Positions 29,436 to 38,932 of a DNA stretch of 64,000 nt are shown in pieces; within the stretch, counting starts at the first letter, position 1; each line of letters begins with the position of its first letter. Both the position numbers and the translations under genes were made by a program. The notes below the pieces were generated by a model. It saw only the letters and a list, made by a program, of their open reading frames with translations. It was not told the origin of the DNA and made no database searches. The DNA is from Chitinivibrionales bacterium (lineage in GTDB: Bacteria > Fibrobacterota > Chitinivibrionia > Chitinivibrionales > WJKA01), in the NCBI GenBank assembly GCA_038247415.1, contig JBBRUX010000003.1:74013-138012 (forward strand), read 5' to 3'.

Positions 29436-29896
29436 GATAATCCTTCCATCATGGAAAGGGTGAGCGATCCTGATGCGATAAGCTTTTTGCCGCAAAGTGC
29501 TTCGACTGAGTATCCAAAAAGACGGTCAAAAGATTTTGTAAGAATGGCCGACAATCGTAATGTTTCTTGTGGAAGTGCCGGAGCATGAAATTTCATGGAT
29601 GCCGCTGCTAAAAAAAAGATTGTTGGTTTTTCTGAGGTGGTTTCGCCTTGCAAGACTTTAGAAAACCCCCAGAGGAGTCCACTGGTTTGTGCTAATGCAT
29701 CGGTAATTAAAACGCCTGGCATGATTGGTTTTTCGGGAAAGTGTCCTGCAAACCATACTGCATTTGGATTGAGGTAAAAAGTTGTTACTATCGATCGATC
29801 TTGTGTAATGGAAATAACCTCGTCGACAAAAAGAAAGGGGGGGCGGTGTGGCAAGATGGCCATTATTTCTTCTTTGGAGAATTTTTGTTGTGTCAT
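29432..29896 (-). CDS. FabZ/FabA-like hotdog (3-hydroxyacyl-ACP) dehydratase
   Basis: LPHRPPFLFVD, FAGHFP..PIMPGVLITDALAQ. Confidence 0.88.
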   Translation of the reverse strand: MTQQKFSKEEIMAILPHRPPFLFVDEVISITQDRSIVTTFYLNPNAVWFAGHFPEKPIMPGVLITDALAQTSGLLWGFSKVLQGETTSEKPTIFFLAAASMKFHAPALPQETLRLSAILTKSFDRLFGYSVEALCGKKLIASGSLTLSMMEGLS

Positions 29897-29898
29897 AG

Positions 29899-30702
29899 CT
29901 ACTCCTTGCGGGCAGAATTATCGAGTGTTTGTAAACAAGATGCGATTTGTTTGCGAATGCGATCGGCAAATGCGCCAGGACTTTCGGTTGCGTTTGAAAA
30001 GCATGGCGGATAAAAAAGAATGTTGCAGTTGATAGTTTTTTTTGGGAAAATACTGTTCATCGATTTTGTCATAAAGGGAATATCGGTATGGATGACAACA
30101 GGAATAACGGGAAGGTTCATTTCTTTAGCGATTCTAAAGGCAAAATCTTTGAAGGTAAGCATTTTTATGGTGCTACTTCGTGCCCCTTCGGGGAAAATGA
30201 GAAGGTTATGTCCATTTTCTAGTGCTTTTTTGCAGGCATTGTGCGCACGGGAAAGATTAGCCACACTATGAGGAGAAACCCCAATAAAATTCAGGTGCTT
30301 TACGAAATAAGAATAGAGGGGAAGGTTAGCATATTTTTGCTTAATGATGACAGCGCACTCTGGAATTATACCTAAAAGTAGTGGCCCGTCGAGCTTTCCG
30401 CGATGGTTTGCAACATAAATTGCAGGTTTGGTAACACGTGTTTGATTGTCTCGGCAGATATTGACAATGCGATAGAATTTTAAATAAGGAAGATATGCTT
30501 GTGTCAAAAAGTGGCAGTACCAGGTAAAGAAAGCTGAAATAGATTGCGGCTTAACAATGCCTGTTACAAGAAGTATAGAGATGATTGGACCGCCAAGGAG
30601 TACACATAAAAACGTGCTCATATAATAACCGAAATAGCCAATAAGCAGATAGAAAAAGTGCATTTTTGAATGTACTGAAGCTCCTTGTGCACTCTTTACC
30701 AT
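29899..30702 (-). CDS. PlsC-like lysophospholipid acyltransferase
   Basis: VANHRGKLD (NHxxxxD), IFPEGARS, FK..AF..A....PVIPV. Probable start at 30702. Confidence 0.88.
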   Translation of the reverse strand: MVKSAQGASVHSKMHFFYLLIGYFGYYMSTFLCVLLGGPIISILLVTGIVKPQSISAFFTWYCHFLTQAYLPYLKFYRIVNICRDNQTRVTKPAIYVANHRGKLDGPLLLGIIPECAVIIKQKYANLPLYSYFVKHLNFIGVSPHSVANLSRAHNACKKALENGHNLLIFPEGARSSTIKMLTFKDFAFRIAKEMNLPVIPVVIHTDIPFMTKSMNSIFPKKTINCNILFYPPCFSNATESPGAFADRIRKQIASCLQTLDNSARKE

Positions 30703-30706
30703 AGTG

Positions 30707-32434
30707 TTAAGTAAGTATGCAGTCTTGAGGTGTGGGTGGTTCGAGCCGCTTTTCGGTGCCGAAGGCCCATTCTTTACTGAGCCCACGTACAACGGTTTTG
30801 TAGGCGTCCCCCTCTATTATAATTGAATCCTGTGGATATTTGTTGACTAAAATAGAATAAAGGCACACTGCTTTTTCGAGGCCGTCGCCTCTGCCAAAAT
30901 TCCAGATTTCATCGGGTTGTGCAACGCGGGTTCCATCGTAGATAGATCCGTTTTCAAGCGCATTCAATCTGTTTGCAATGGTATTTGGGTCAGCATGCTC
31001 TGTTGCAGAAACGCACACAGGATTGCGTTCGACGGCTGCTTTCATAAAAGGTTTCCAGGGTGCAATACGCATGTCCCGGTAAGCCATGAATGCTAAATCA
31101 GCAATGGGGTGGCTTGTTCGAATCTCTTTAAGTTTTTCTATGACTTCGAGATTGTTTTTGCATGAATCGATCTCGATTGGTTGACTAGGAACGAATGATC
31201 GCGTTGAAGATTCTGGAAGTCGTGGAGTAATGCGGCAAAATTCAACAAGCTGTGTTATCACATTGTCGACATTGAAGCACTTGTGGCACAGTTGGCGTTT
31301 TAGATCATCGAGATCTGCATTGGTATCGATAGAAACGGGTCGCTTTTTAAAGTAGGTTTCTAGTTCGTCAATGAGCATCCGATTTTCTATAGGCGTAGGA
31401 TAAAATTCATCTTCATCAATTTCATGCAGCAAAGTTGCACGGGAATCGTCGCTTACGCGAGAACGACTGCTATGTTCGTAGGTATAAACCTTTTCTGCTT
31501 CGATATAGCGGGGCTTACCACAACACGAATGCGTAAATTGAAAACATTTTTGAAGCGAAGAATGCTCGCGTAAAAAATTTGCGAGAATTTCAAACGTAAT
31601 ATCTGTTTTAAGAAACGTTCCAAGTTTTTCTTCAAATCGTTTGTAATCATCGGGATTCATGGTTGCTTCTGGATAGAGCGTATGAACATAGCCTGTGCTA
31701 TTAACTACCATGGTAGCGCGCTCGTGTCGCAGGGCACGTTGAGCTTTAACCGATAGCTCGGTGCCATTAAACCACATGTTTTTGGTAACAATACGCCGAT
31801 TATTGGTAAGGATTCCATCTTTACAATCGATAAAATTTTGCGAATGAAGGGGTGTAGCCACCATGAATATGTTTCGAAGCGAAACCCCTGCAACTGCAAA
31901 CAGCGCCGAAGCATACAATGCAGCTAATGATACACATTCGCCAGCACCTGTGAGATATTTTGGTTTGTGTTTGAATGCTACCATTGCTTCTGCGGTTTCT
32001 GTTTTCCAGTAAGGAATAATATCGGTTGTGTATTTATCGAGGCCGAAATGTCGGCGGATATCGATATCGAAATAATACTTGTCACCTTCGTAGCCAAAAA
32101 GGGCGTTGCTTTGTGAGAGTGTTTTTTCGTCTATGAAGCTTGTAAATCGGGCAAGCTCTTTTTGTTTTGTAGTAAGTCCCCAGGTGTCTAGGTCAAGATT
32201 AAAAGTGAAATGATCGAGTATGTATTGTTTAAGTCTGAGGATACGACGATATTCGTTAAGTTTGTCGAGTTTGTCAAACCATGAATCTTGTTTCCATTGC
32301 CACAAAAGGGGAGACATTATATTGGCAAGGGTAAGCGCGTACATGATTTCGGGGAAAATGAAAATTTCCATATCAGACAAGGTTATTGCCGATGAATATT
32401 TTTCGAGCGATTCTTTTGAATTCGGATTATACAT
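30707..32434 (-). CDS. Conserved hypothetical protein, possible transglutaminase-like fold
   Basis: 575-aa ORF with GAGECVSL, PLHSQNF and a C-terminal PDEIWNFGRGDGLEKA motif. Confidence 0.6.
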   Translation of the reverse strand: MYNPNSKESLEKYSSAITLSDMEIFIFPEIMYALTLANIMSPLLWQWKQDSWFDKLDKLNEYRRILRLKQYILDHFTFNLDLDTWGLTTKQKELARFTSFIDEKTLSQSNALFGYEGDKYYFDIDIRRHFGLDKYTTDIIPYWKTETAEAMVAFKHKPKYLTGAGECVSLAALYASALFAVAGVSLRNIFMVATPLHSQNFIDCKDGILTNNRRIVTKNMWFNGTELSVKAQRALRHERATMVVNSTGYVHTLYPEATMNPDDYKRFEEKLGTFLKTDITFEILANFLREHSSLQKCFQFTHSCCGKPRYIEAEKVYTYEHSSRSRVSDDSRATLLHEIDEDEFYPTPIENRMLIDELETYFKKRPVSIDTNADLDDLKRQLCHKCFNVDNVITQLVEFCRITPRLPESSTRSFVPSQPIEIDSCKNNLEVIEKLKEIRTSHPIADLAFMAYRDMRIAPWKPFMKAAVERNPVCVSATEHADPNTIANRLNALENGSIYDGTRVAQPDEIWNFGRGDGLEKAVCLYSILVNKYPQDSIIIEGDAYKTVVRGLSKEWAFGTEKRLEPPTPQDCILT

Positions 32435-32636
32435 GAGTTATTCTCCACGAGGAATGAGATTGAACCAGTTCGGTTGCAGGAGCCTTAAAAATAGCGTATT
32501 TTGTTAAACCATTTATTGAGCTACAGTACACCACTTTGAAAGCGGTGTCGATTATATCTATAGGCCTGTCTACGAATGTGGAAGGCCTTGTTAAAAAAAT
32601 ACATTCCGGAAAATATCCAAGAATCGATAGAGATCT

Positions 32637-35600
32637 ATGAAAACTTTGGGAATTTGTTTTGGAGCATCAACGATTTCAATCGTGGAGCTTGAGTATGCTC
32701 ATGAAATAAAAACAATTATAAAAACTACGCGGATTGTTCATGAAGGCAATCCATTGCAGGGTCTTTCGGATTGGTTTAAAACCATTAATCCGGAGGAATT
32801 TAACCATGTTGCAGTAACAGGCCGTTCCATGAGAGATCATGTTGAGGCCGCAAGCATCTCCGAACCCGAAGCTATTGAAGAAGCTCTGGAGTATGCCTAT
32901 GGTGAGGGGCCATTTCCAACCGTTGTAGTAAGCCTTGGCGGAGAAACCCAGATCGCCTACCAAATATCCAAAACAGGCACCATTGATGCCGTTTATTCTG
33001 GAAATAAATGTGCGAGTGGAACAGGTGAATTTTTTTTGCAACAAATTCGTCGTATGGGTTTGTCTCTTGACGATGCGGTAGAGATGGCGCGTAAAGGCGA
33101 GGCTCATAAAATAGCTGGACGATGCAGCGTGTTTTGCAAAAGCGATTGTACCCATGCACTTAATAAAGGTGAGAGCAAAGAAAATGTGGTGGCTGGTCTG
33201 TGTGCCATGATGGCTGATAAAATTGTTGAATTGATCAAAGATCTTCCTATCGTCGGTATTGGGCTGATTGGTGGAGGGTCACAAAATGACGCCATGATTC
33301 GCTACCTGCGAAATACTTATTCGGATGTAAATGTCGCTCGCCAGGCGATAGTTTTTGAGGCTCTGGGAGCTGCTCTTTGGGCTGGCAAAAAAGGCAGCGG
33401 ACCCTTGCCCAAGCCGCTCGCATCATTTTTTCGTCCTGTCAAATCGAGTTTTGGAACGCATGCTCCTCTTAAAAATGCATTGTCTTTGGTCCGGTTCTCT
33501 GAGTCGCACGTATCTATGCCAATGCCAGGCGACGAGTGCGTGATTGGGCTTGATGTTGGCTCGACGACTACAAAAGCTGTTCTGATGCGGCGCGCTGATT
33601 CTTCTATCCTCGCTTCAACCTATTTACGGACGTCGGGAAATCCGGTTGCTGCCGCGATATCGTGCTATTCTGCTTTACAGAGTCAGGTACATTCTACCCC
33701 ACTACGGTGCGTTGGCCTTGGCGTTACCGGTTCTGGTCGACATATTGCGGCACTGCATGCGTCAACAGACACAATCATCAACGAAATAGTTGCACATGCT
33801 ACGGCAGCTGCGTTTTACGATCCGCAGGTAGATACGATCTTTGAAATTGGTGGACAAGATGCAAAATATACCTTTTTGAGCAATGGAATTCCATCAGACT
33901 ATGCTATGAATGAAGCGTGCAGCGCGGGGACAGGTTCTTTTTTAGAGGAAGCTGCTTTCGAATCGCTTTCGGTTACTACAGGGGAAATTGGAGATCTTGC
34001 TATGGAGGGAATGCGCCCCCTCAATTTTACCGATCAATGCTCGGCATTTATTTCCAGTGATATTAAGCGGGCTATTCAGGAAAAAATAGATCGAAACGAT
34101 ATTTTAGCGGGATTAGTATACTCTATTTGTCTTAACTATCAGAATAGGGTTAAAGGGTCGCGGCCCGTGGGGAAAAAAATATTCATGCAGGGAGGGGTCT
34201 GCTATAATAAGGCTGTTCCGGTTGCTATGGCATCGCTTTTGCAATGTGAAATTATCGTCCCCCCCGATCCTGGTCTTTCGGGCGCAGTTGGTGTTGCTTT
34301 GCAAACTTCCCGCAGACTTACACGAGGTTCTATTGAGCCCAAAGAATTCAAACTCGAAGATCTCATTTCGAGAACCGTTGCCCATGAAGGATCATTTGTT
34401 TGTCAGGGGACCAAAGGGGGGTGCGATCGCAAATGCGCCATTCAAAAATATCGTATTGCTGGCGAGTTGGTTCCTTTTGGAGGAGCGTGCAACAAATATT
34501 ATAATCAACGTCACAATATTTCCGTAGATACCGATGTGAGAGATCTTGTTGCTGTTCGTCAACACCTGGTTTTTGAACAATTCGGAATAACGGGACATGC
34601 TGCCGATGCTTCTGTTCAGCGTCAAGAAACGGTAGGGATTTCACGGTCATTTCTTGCGCATTCACTATTCCCTTTGTATTCGCATTTCTTTGCATACATG
34701 GGTTTTAATGTTGTAGTGTCGGATAAGATCGACCCGCAAGGGCTGGCGCGAACACTTGCATCGTATTGCCTACCGGTTGAAATTGCGCATGGTAGTTTTC
34801 TCAATGTGCTAAAGCAGAAGCCCGACTATATTTTTTTGCCTCAGGTTATGCAGCTGCCTGTACCCAATGTTCCAACGTATAGTCGACTATGTGTTTTTGT
34901 TCAGGGGGAGCCCTATTACCTAGAAACAACATTTAGGGATGATATCGCAAAGGCTGGGGTAAAGATTCTCCGTCCGGTTTTGCGCATGGAAACAGGTTTT
35001 ATGCAAGCATGCGAAACGCTCGTGGCGATGGCGATGACTATGGGCGTTGACAAAAAAAATGCGACTCGGGCCTTTGAACATGCAGTTTCCATGCAGCACG
35101 CATGCGATAATGAAATGCGTGTTTACGGCAAGCAAGCACTCGAATATTTAGCAGTGCATCCGAGCGAAGTTGGTATTGTCCTTTTTGGGAGGCCGTATAA
35201 TGCCTTTACATCCGATGCCCACATGGGCATTCCCAAAAAAATAGCCTCGCGCGGGTATTATGTGATACCACTAGACATGTTGCCAGCAGATAGGTATTCG
35301 GTAGATGAAAAAATGTTTTGGGCGATGGGGCAAAAAATTATGAAGTCGGCGCAATTTGTTAAAGATACGCCGAATCTTTTTGGCGTTTTTGTAACTAATT
35401 TCAGCTGTGGACCAGATTCGTTTCTTCTTGGATTTTTTCGCACCTGCATGGGCGATAAGCCCTCTCTCACCCTAGAGCTAGACCATCATACCGCAGACGC
35501 CGGTATCGATACGCGTATTGAGGCAGCAATCGATATTTTCAGGCATTGCGTCGAGAAAAAGAATCCTGATCTGGCGCTACCACAGGTGTATGTTCCGGCT

Positions 35601-36977
35601 AGGGTTGCCTTTACCAATGAAATCATGGTAACAGATTCGTACGGTAATCGAATGCCCATCGATGACCCTCGGGTTGAAGTTCTTCTTCCGTCAATGGGAA
35701 CCTATGCAACCGAAATTGCTGCAGCCGTTCTGCGTTCACGGTCTATTCGCGCGCGTGCGTTACCTGTTATCGATGATGACGTATTTCTGGTTGGGCGAAA
35801 GAACACTTCTACCAAAGAGTGCTTGCCGTATATCATAACAACAGGGTCTTTTCTTTCTTATTTACATAATACAAAAAGAGATCCACACACGGTAACACTT
35901 TTGCTCATGGCGACAGGAGGCGGACCGTGCCGTTTGGGGCAATATTGCAGGGCTTTAGAGCAAAAAATTCATGCCGACCGATTGGTTAATGTTGCTGTTT
36001 TAACAATAACAGATGAGAATGGGTATGCTGGCCTTGGAGCGCGAACGCTTTTGCGTGCCTGGCAATCGCTTGTGGTGGCAGATGTTTTTAGCGATCTCAA
36101 AAGCATGCTGCAGGCCACCGCGCGCGATCCTGCAAAGGCACAGGAACTATTGCGGGAGTGCTGGACGCGTGTTGTGCGTTATTTCGATGGATCGTTATCT
36201 ATTCGGCTTTCAACGCTGCTTGGGACAATTGCAGAGCAGGTGGATGCGATCGAGCTCGATAGGAATCCTCGCGAGGTACCGGTCATTTCATTGGTTGGAG
36301 AAATCTTTGTACGGCGCGATGAGTTTTCTCGCAAAAACCTTATTGATTATTTGGAATCAAAAGGATTTATGGTACGTATTGCACCAATTTCAGAATACCC
36401 TTTGTATGGCAATTATGTTATTAACCAGGGGCTTGGCGAACGTAAGTTTACCATACAAGAAAAGGTTAAAATGCACCTCACTGCTCGAATTCAAGAGTGG
36501 TGGGAATGGAGAATAAAATCAATTTTTGGCGCAACGCGCTTATACCATCCGGAAATGATAGATATCGCCAAAACTATCAAAGGCGTAAAGCATATTATAG
36601 ACGAAAATTTTAGGGGGGAATGTATCCTTACGGTGGGTCTTGCTATGCGAGAAATTGCCGAATCTGCCTGCGGAATTATTTCAATTGGGCCCTTTGGCTG
36701 TATGCCTTCCCGAATGGCAGAAGCAATACTTAAAAAAGAAATGAATCCTTCGGGAAAAAAAAGAATGGCAACTGCAGGGCCAGAACATTCCGCTCTTGAT
36801 GATGTTGAGTCATTTCCCTTTTTGGCAATTGAGGCCGATGGCACGGCGTTTCCTCAATTAACGATTGCAAATCTGGAATCGTTTGTTTTAAAGAGCAGGG
36901 CAATGCATGCTCGCATGCAAGCAGTGCGCACAACCCATGAACGTCACCGTCGAAAACGACATGAACACAAATCTTAA
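32637..36977 (+). CDS. Fused CoA-substrate-specific activase/reductase (2x BadF/BadG + DUF2229-type domains; PlsA/Ger-like)
   Basis: KCASGTGEF, RCSVFCKSD, GLDVGSTTTK, EIGGQDAK, MNEACSAGTGS, GRPYN, NFSCGPDSF, GPCRLGQY, PFGCMP. Confidence 0.85.
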   Translation: MKTLGICFGASTISIVELEYAHEIKTIIKTTRIVHEGNPLQGLSDWFKTINPEEFNHVAVTGRSMRDHVEAASISEPEAIEEALEYAYGEGPFPTVVVSLGGETQIAYQISKTGTIDAVYSGNKCASGTGEFFLQQIRRMGLSLDDAVEMARKGEAHKIAGRCSVFCKSDCTHALNKGESKENVVAGLCAMMADKIVELIKDLPIVGIGLIGGGSQNDAMIRYLRNTYSDVNVARQAIVFEALGAALWAGKKGSGPLPKPLASFFRPVKSSFGTHAPLKNALSLVRFSESHVSMPMPGDECVIGLDVGSTTTKAVLMRRADSSILASTYLRTSGNPVAAAISCYSALQSQVHSTPLRCVGLGVTGSGRHIAALHASTDTIINEIVAHATAAAFYDPQVDTIFEIGGQDAKYTFLSNGIPSDYAMNEACSAGTGSFLEEAAFESLSVTTGEIGDLAMEGMRPLNFTDQCSAFISSDIKRAIQEKIDRNDILAGLVYSICLNYQNRVKGSRPVGKKIFMQGGVCYNKAVPVAMASLLQCEIIVPPDPGLSGAVGVALQTSRRLTRGSIEPKEFKLEDLISRTVAHEGSFVCQGTKGGCDRKCAIQKYRIAGELVPFGGACNKYYNQRHNISVDTDVRDLVAVRQHLVFEQFGITGHAADASVQRQETVGISRSFLAHSLFPLYSHFFAYMGFNVVVSDKIDPQGLARTLASYCLPVEIAHGSFLNVLKQKPDYIFLPQVMQLPVPNVPTYSRLCVFVQGEPYYLETTFRDDIAKAGVKILRPVLRMETGFMQACETLVAMAMTMGVDKKNATRAFEHAVSMQHACDNEMRVYGKQALEYLAVHPSEVGIVLFGRPYNAFTSDAHMGIPKKIASRGYYVIPLDMLPADRYSVDEKMFWAMGQKIMKSAQFVKDTPNLFGVFVTNFSCGPDSFLLGFFRTCMGDKPSLTLELDHHTADAGIDTRIEAAIDIFRHCVEKKNPDLALPQVYVPARVAFTNEIMVTDSYGNRMPIDDPRVEVLLPSMGTYATEIAAAVLRSRSIRARALPVIDDDVFLVGRKNTSTKECLPYIITTGSFLSYLHNTKRDPHTVTLLLMATGGGPCRLGQYCRALEQKIHADRLVNVAVLTITDENGYAGLGARTLLRAWQSLVVADVFSDLKSMLQATARDPAKAQELLRECWTRVVRYFDGSLSIRLSTLLGTIAEQVDAIELDRNPREVPVISLVGEIFVRRDEFSRKNLIDYLESKGFMVRIAPISEYPLYGNYVINQGLGERKFTIQEKVKMHLTARIQEWWEWRIKSIFGATRLYHPEMIDIAKTIKGVKHIIDENFRGECILTVGLAMREIAESACGIISIGPFGCMPSRMAEAILKKEMNPSGKKRMATAGPEHSALDDVESFPFLAIEADGTAFPQLTIANLESFVLKSRAMHARMQAVRTTHERHRRKRHEHKS

Positions 36978-37015
36978 AGGTTCTTTGCTATGAGAATCGC
37001 GTGCGGGCTAACTCT

Positions 37016-38059
37016 ATGAAAACTGCTGATTTTGATTTTGAATTACCCTTGGAACTTATTGCGCAACATCCCCCAAAAGAACGGGATGCGAGCAGGCTTC
37101 TGGTTTTGAGAAGAGAAAGCGATTCGCTAGAACATTCACAATTTTCCAAGGTTGTCGATTTTTTTAAACCTGGAGATCGGCTTGTTCTTAATAATGTTAA
37201 GGTGATTCCTGCGAGGCTGCATTGTGTAAAAACCAGTGGTGCTCAGATTGAGCTCTTATGCAGTAATCAGTTACCCGATGGTTCCTGGGAGGCTCTGGCA
37301 CGTGGACGCCGACGCCTTGCACAAGGTTTGCGGCTTCAGATTAGAAACGATTCTCACCGTGGCATAAGGGTTCTCAAACTTCTTAATAATGGCGGAATCC
37401 AGATTTGTGCTGAGGATGAGCATGGTAATGTTATTAACCTTAGTCAAGTTCTCGAGCAGTTTGGAGAAATTCCTTTGCCGCCCTATATCAATAGGCTCGT
37501 AGAGCCATCCGATACCGATCGGTATCAAACGGTATATGCTTCTGAGGGTGCTGCCGTGGCTGCGCCTACCGCGGGCCTTCATTTCACTCCAGAGCTCTTG
37601 CAACGGTTAAAGGAAGCAGGGGTGGGTATAACCTATGTAACGCTTAATGTTGGAATTGGAACGTTCCGCCCTGTATCTGTTGATGATCCAGCAACGCATC
37701 CAATACATTCAGAATCATTTTCGTTAACGCCTCAGAGCGCGCTTGAAATCAACCAAACGCGGCAGAATGGTGGGCGGATTTTTGCCGTGGGTACAACGGT
37801 GGTTCGTGTTCTTGAGCATTGTGCTCTAGGAAATCGACACGTGCTGGCAACGTCTGGTGCTACCAACATATTAATTCTGCCAGGATACCAATTTAAGATC
37901 GTTGATGGGCTTATAACCAATTTTCATCTACCCAAATCTTCTTTAATTATGCTGGTTTCAGCATTGGCTGGCAGAGAATTTGTCCTTTCTGCGTATCGTG
38001 AAGCAGTGGAGATGAAGTATCGATTTTTTAGCTATGGCGATGCAATGCTTCTGCTCTGA
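37016..38059 (+). CDS. queA: tRNA preQ1(34) S-adenosylmethionine ribosyltransferase-isomerase
   Basis: DFDFELP.ELIAQ, PLPPYI, YQTVYA, AAPTAGLHFT, VGTT, TNFHLPKS, YRFFSYGDAM. Confidence 0.96.
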   Translation: MKTADFDFELPLELIAQHPPKERDASRLLVLRRESDSLEHSQFSKVVDFFKPGDRLVLNNVKVIPARLHCVKTSGAQIELLCSNQLPDGSWEALARGRRRLAQGLRLQIRNDSHRGIRVLKLLNNGGIQICAEDEHGNVINLSQVLEQFGEIPLPPYINRLVEPSDTDRYQTVYASEGAAVAAPTAGLHFTPELLQRLKEAGVGITYVTLNVGIGTFRPVSVDDPATHPIHSESFSLTPQSALEINQTRQNGGRIFAVGTTVVRVLEHCALGNRHVLATSGATNILILPGYQFKIVDGLITNFHLPKSSLIMLVSALAGREFVLSAYREAVEMKYRFFSYGDAMLLL

Positions 38060-38088
38060 TTGACACCGGATGCGATCTAACATATATT
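38060..38088 (+). promoter_or_regulatory. Putative sigma70-type promoter
   Basis: TTGACA-N17-TATATT immediately after the queA stop. Confidence 0.6.
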
Positions 38089-38200
38089 TTTAGTTCAGCA
38101 TGTGGCAGGTATAAGCCCGTATGGTGTCATACGGGCTTATTTATTTATAGTTTCTCGAAGCTTTTTGCTTCAGTTTCATGTATCACAAAGGAGTTTGGCA

Positions 38201-38860
38201 ATGTTTTTAGAAGGAATTGTTCGGAAACCGGTTTCTGCGGTTCAATGGCAGGATTATCGTGCATCTAATACCGGTCTCATTACTGTATATGTTACGGATT
38301 CTGTATCAGAAATGCCTATACGCGAAGTACCCGAAGAATTCCCAACCGATGTTGTTCCCGACCCAAACTACGAAACGGGAACAGTTGGATTTTATGGTTG
38401 TTCACGAACAAAAATTAGAAGTACGTTACATAAGAGCCGTATTCGGTATATGTTTTTTATGGCAAAATATATGGGCACCCGTGATGAATTCGCAGATAAT
38501 TTTTATGTCAATGGGTTTTATCGGATTTCAAAATGGACCGAAGCCGTTAAACTCCATATGAGATATTTATCTGAACCTTCGTGCGCAAATTTAGATACGT
38601 GCACTGCGTTTCTCGCAGATGAGGTTCATTTTGTTTCGCTCGAGGATTCAATTGCTGTTACCAAAGAGGTCCTTTCGAAGTGGGGATTTTCTGGCGCGCT
38701 AACTCGACAGTCTCGCATTATTCTCGATGAAGAAAAAACCACAGAGCTACTTGCTCTCTTACGCGGTAAAGAGAATATAACTAAAGCCTACATCGAAGAA
38801 ACACGGCGTCTTGAGCCTACCGATCCCGAAGCGGAAGTTGATGAAGAGGAAGAAGAGTAA
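38201..38860 (+). CDS. Hypothetical protein
   Basis: ATG at 38201 after AAGGAG; own promoter and terminator; acidic tail. Confidence 0.75.
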   Translation: MFLEGIVRKPVSAVQWQDYRASNTGLITVYVTDSVSEMPIREVPEEFPTDVVPDPNYETGTVGFYGCSRTKIRSTLHKSRIRYMFFMAKYMGTRDEFADNFYVNGFYRISKWTEAVKLHMRYLSEPSCANLDTCTAFLADEVHFVSLEDSIAVTKEVLSKWGFSGALTRQSRIILDEEKTTELLALLRGKENITKAYIEETRRLEPTDPEAEVDEEEEE

Positions 38861-38891
38861 GCACAATACTATAAGGAATAAAGTTTAGAAC

Positions 38892-38925
38892 AAGGCTGCC
38901 CAAGAAATTGGGTGGCTTTTTTTTT
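38892..38925 (+). terminator. Rho-independent terminator
   Basis: AAGGCTGCCCAA-GAAA-TTGGGTGGCTTT followed by a T run. Confidence 0.75.
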
Positions 38926-38932
38926 GCGGAGG

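Noticed and set aside
17891..38059. queH, yajC and queA as a 7-deazaguanine DNA-modification (dpd) cluster
   Set aside because: The genes are dispersed housekeeping tRNA-modification and secretion genes, and no dpdA or tgt paralog is present.
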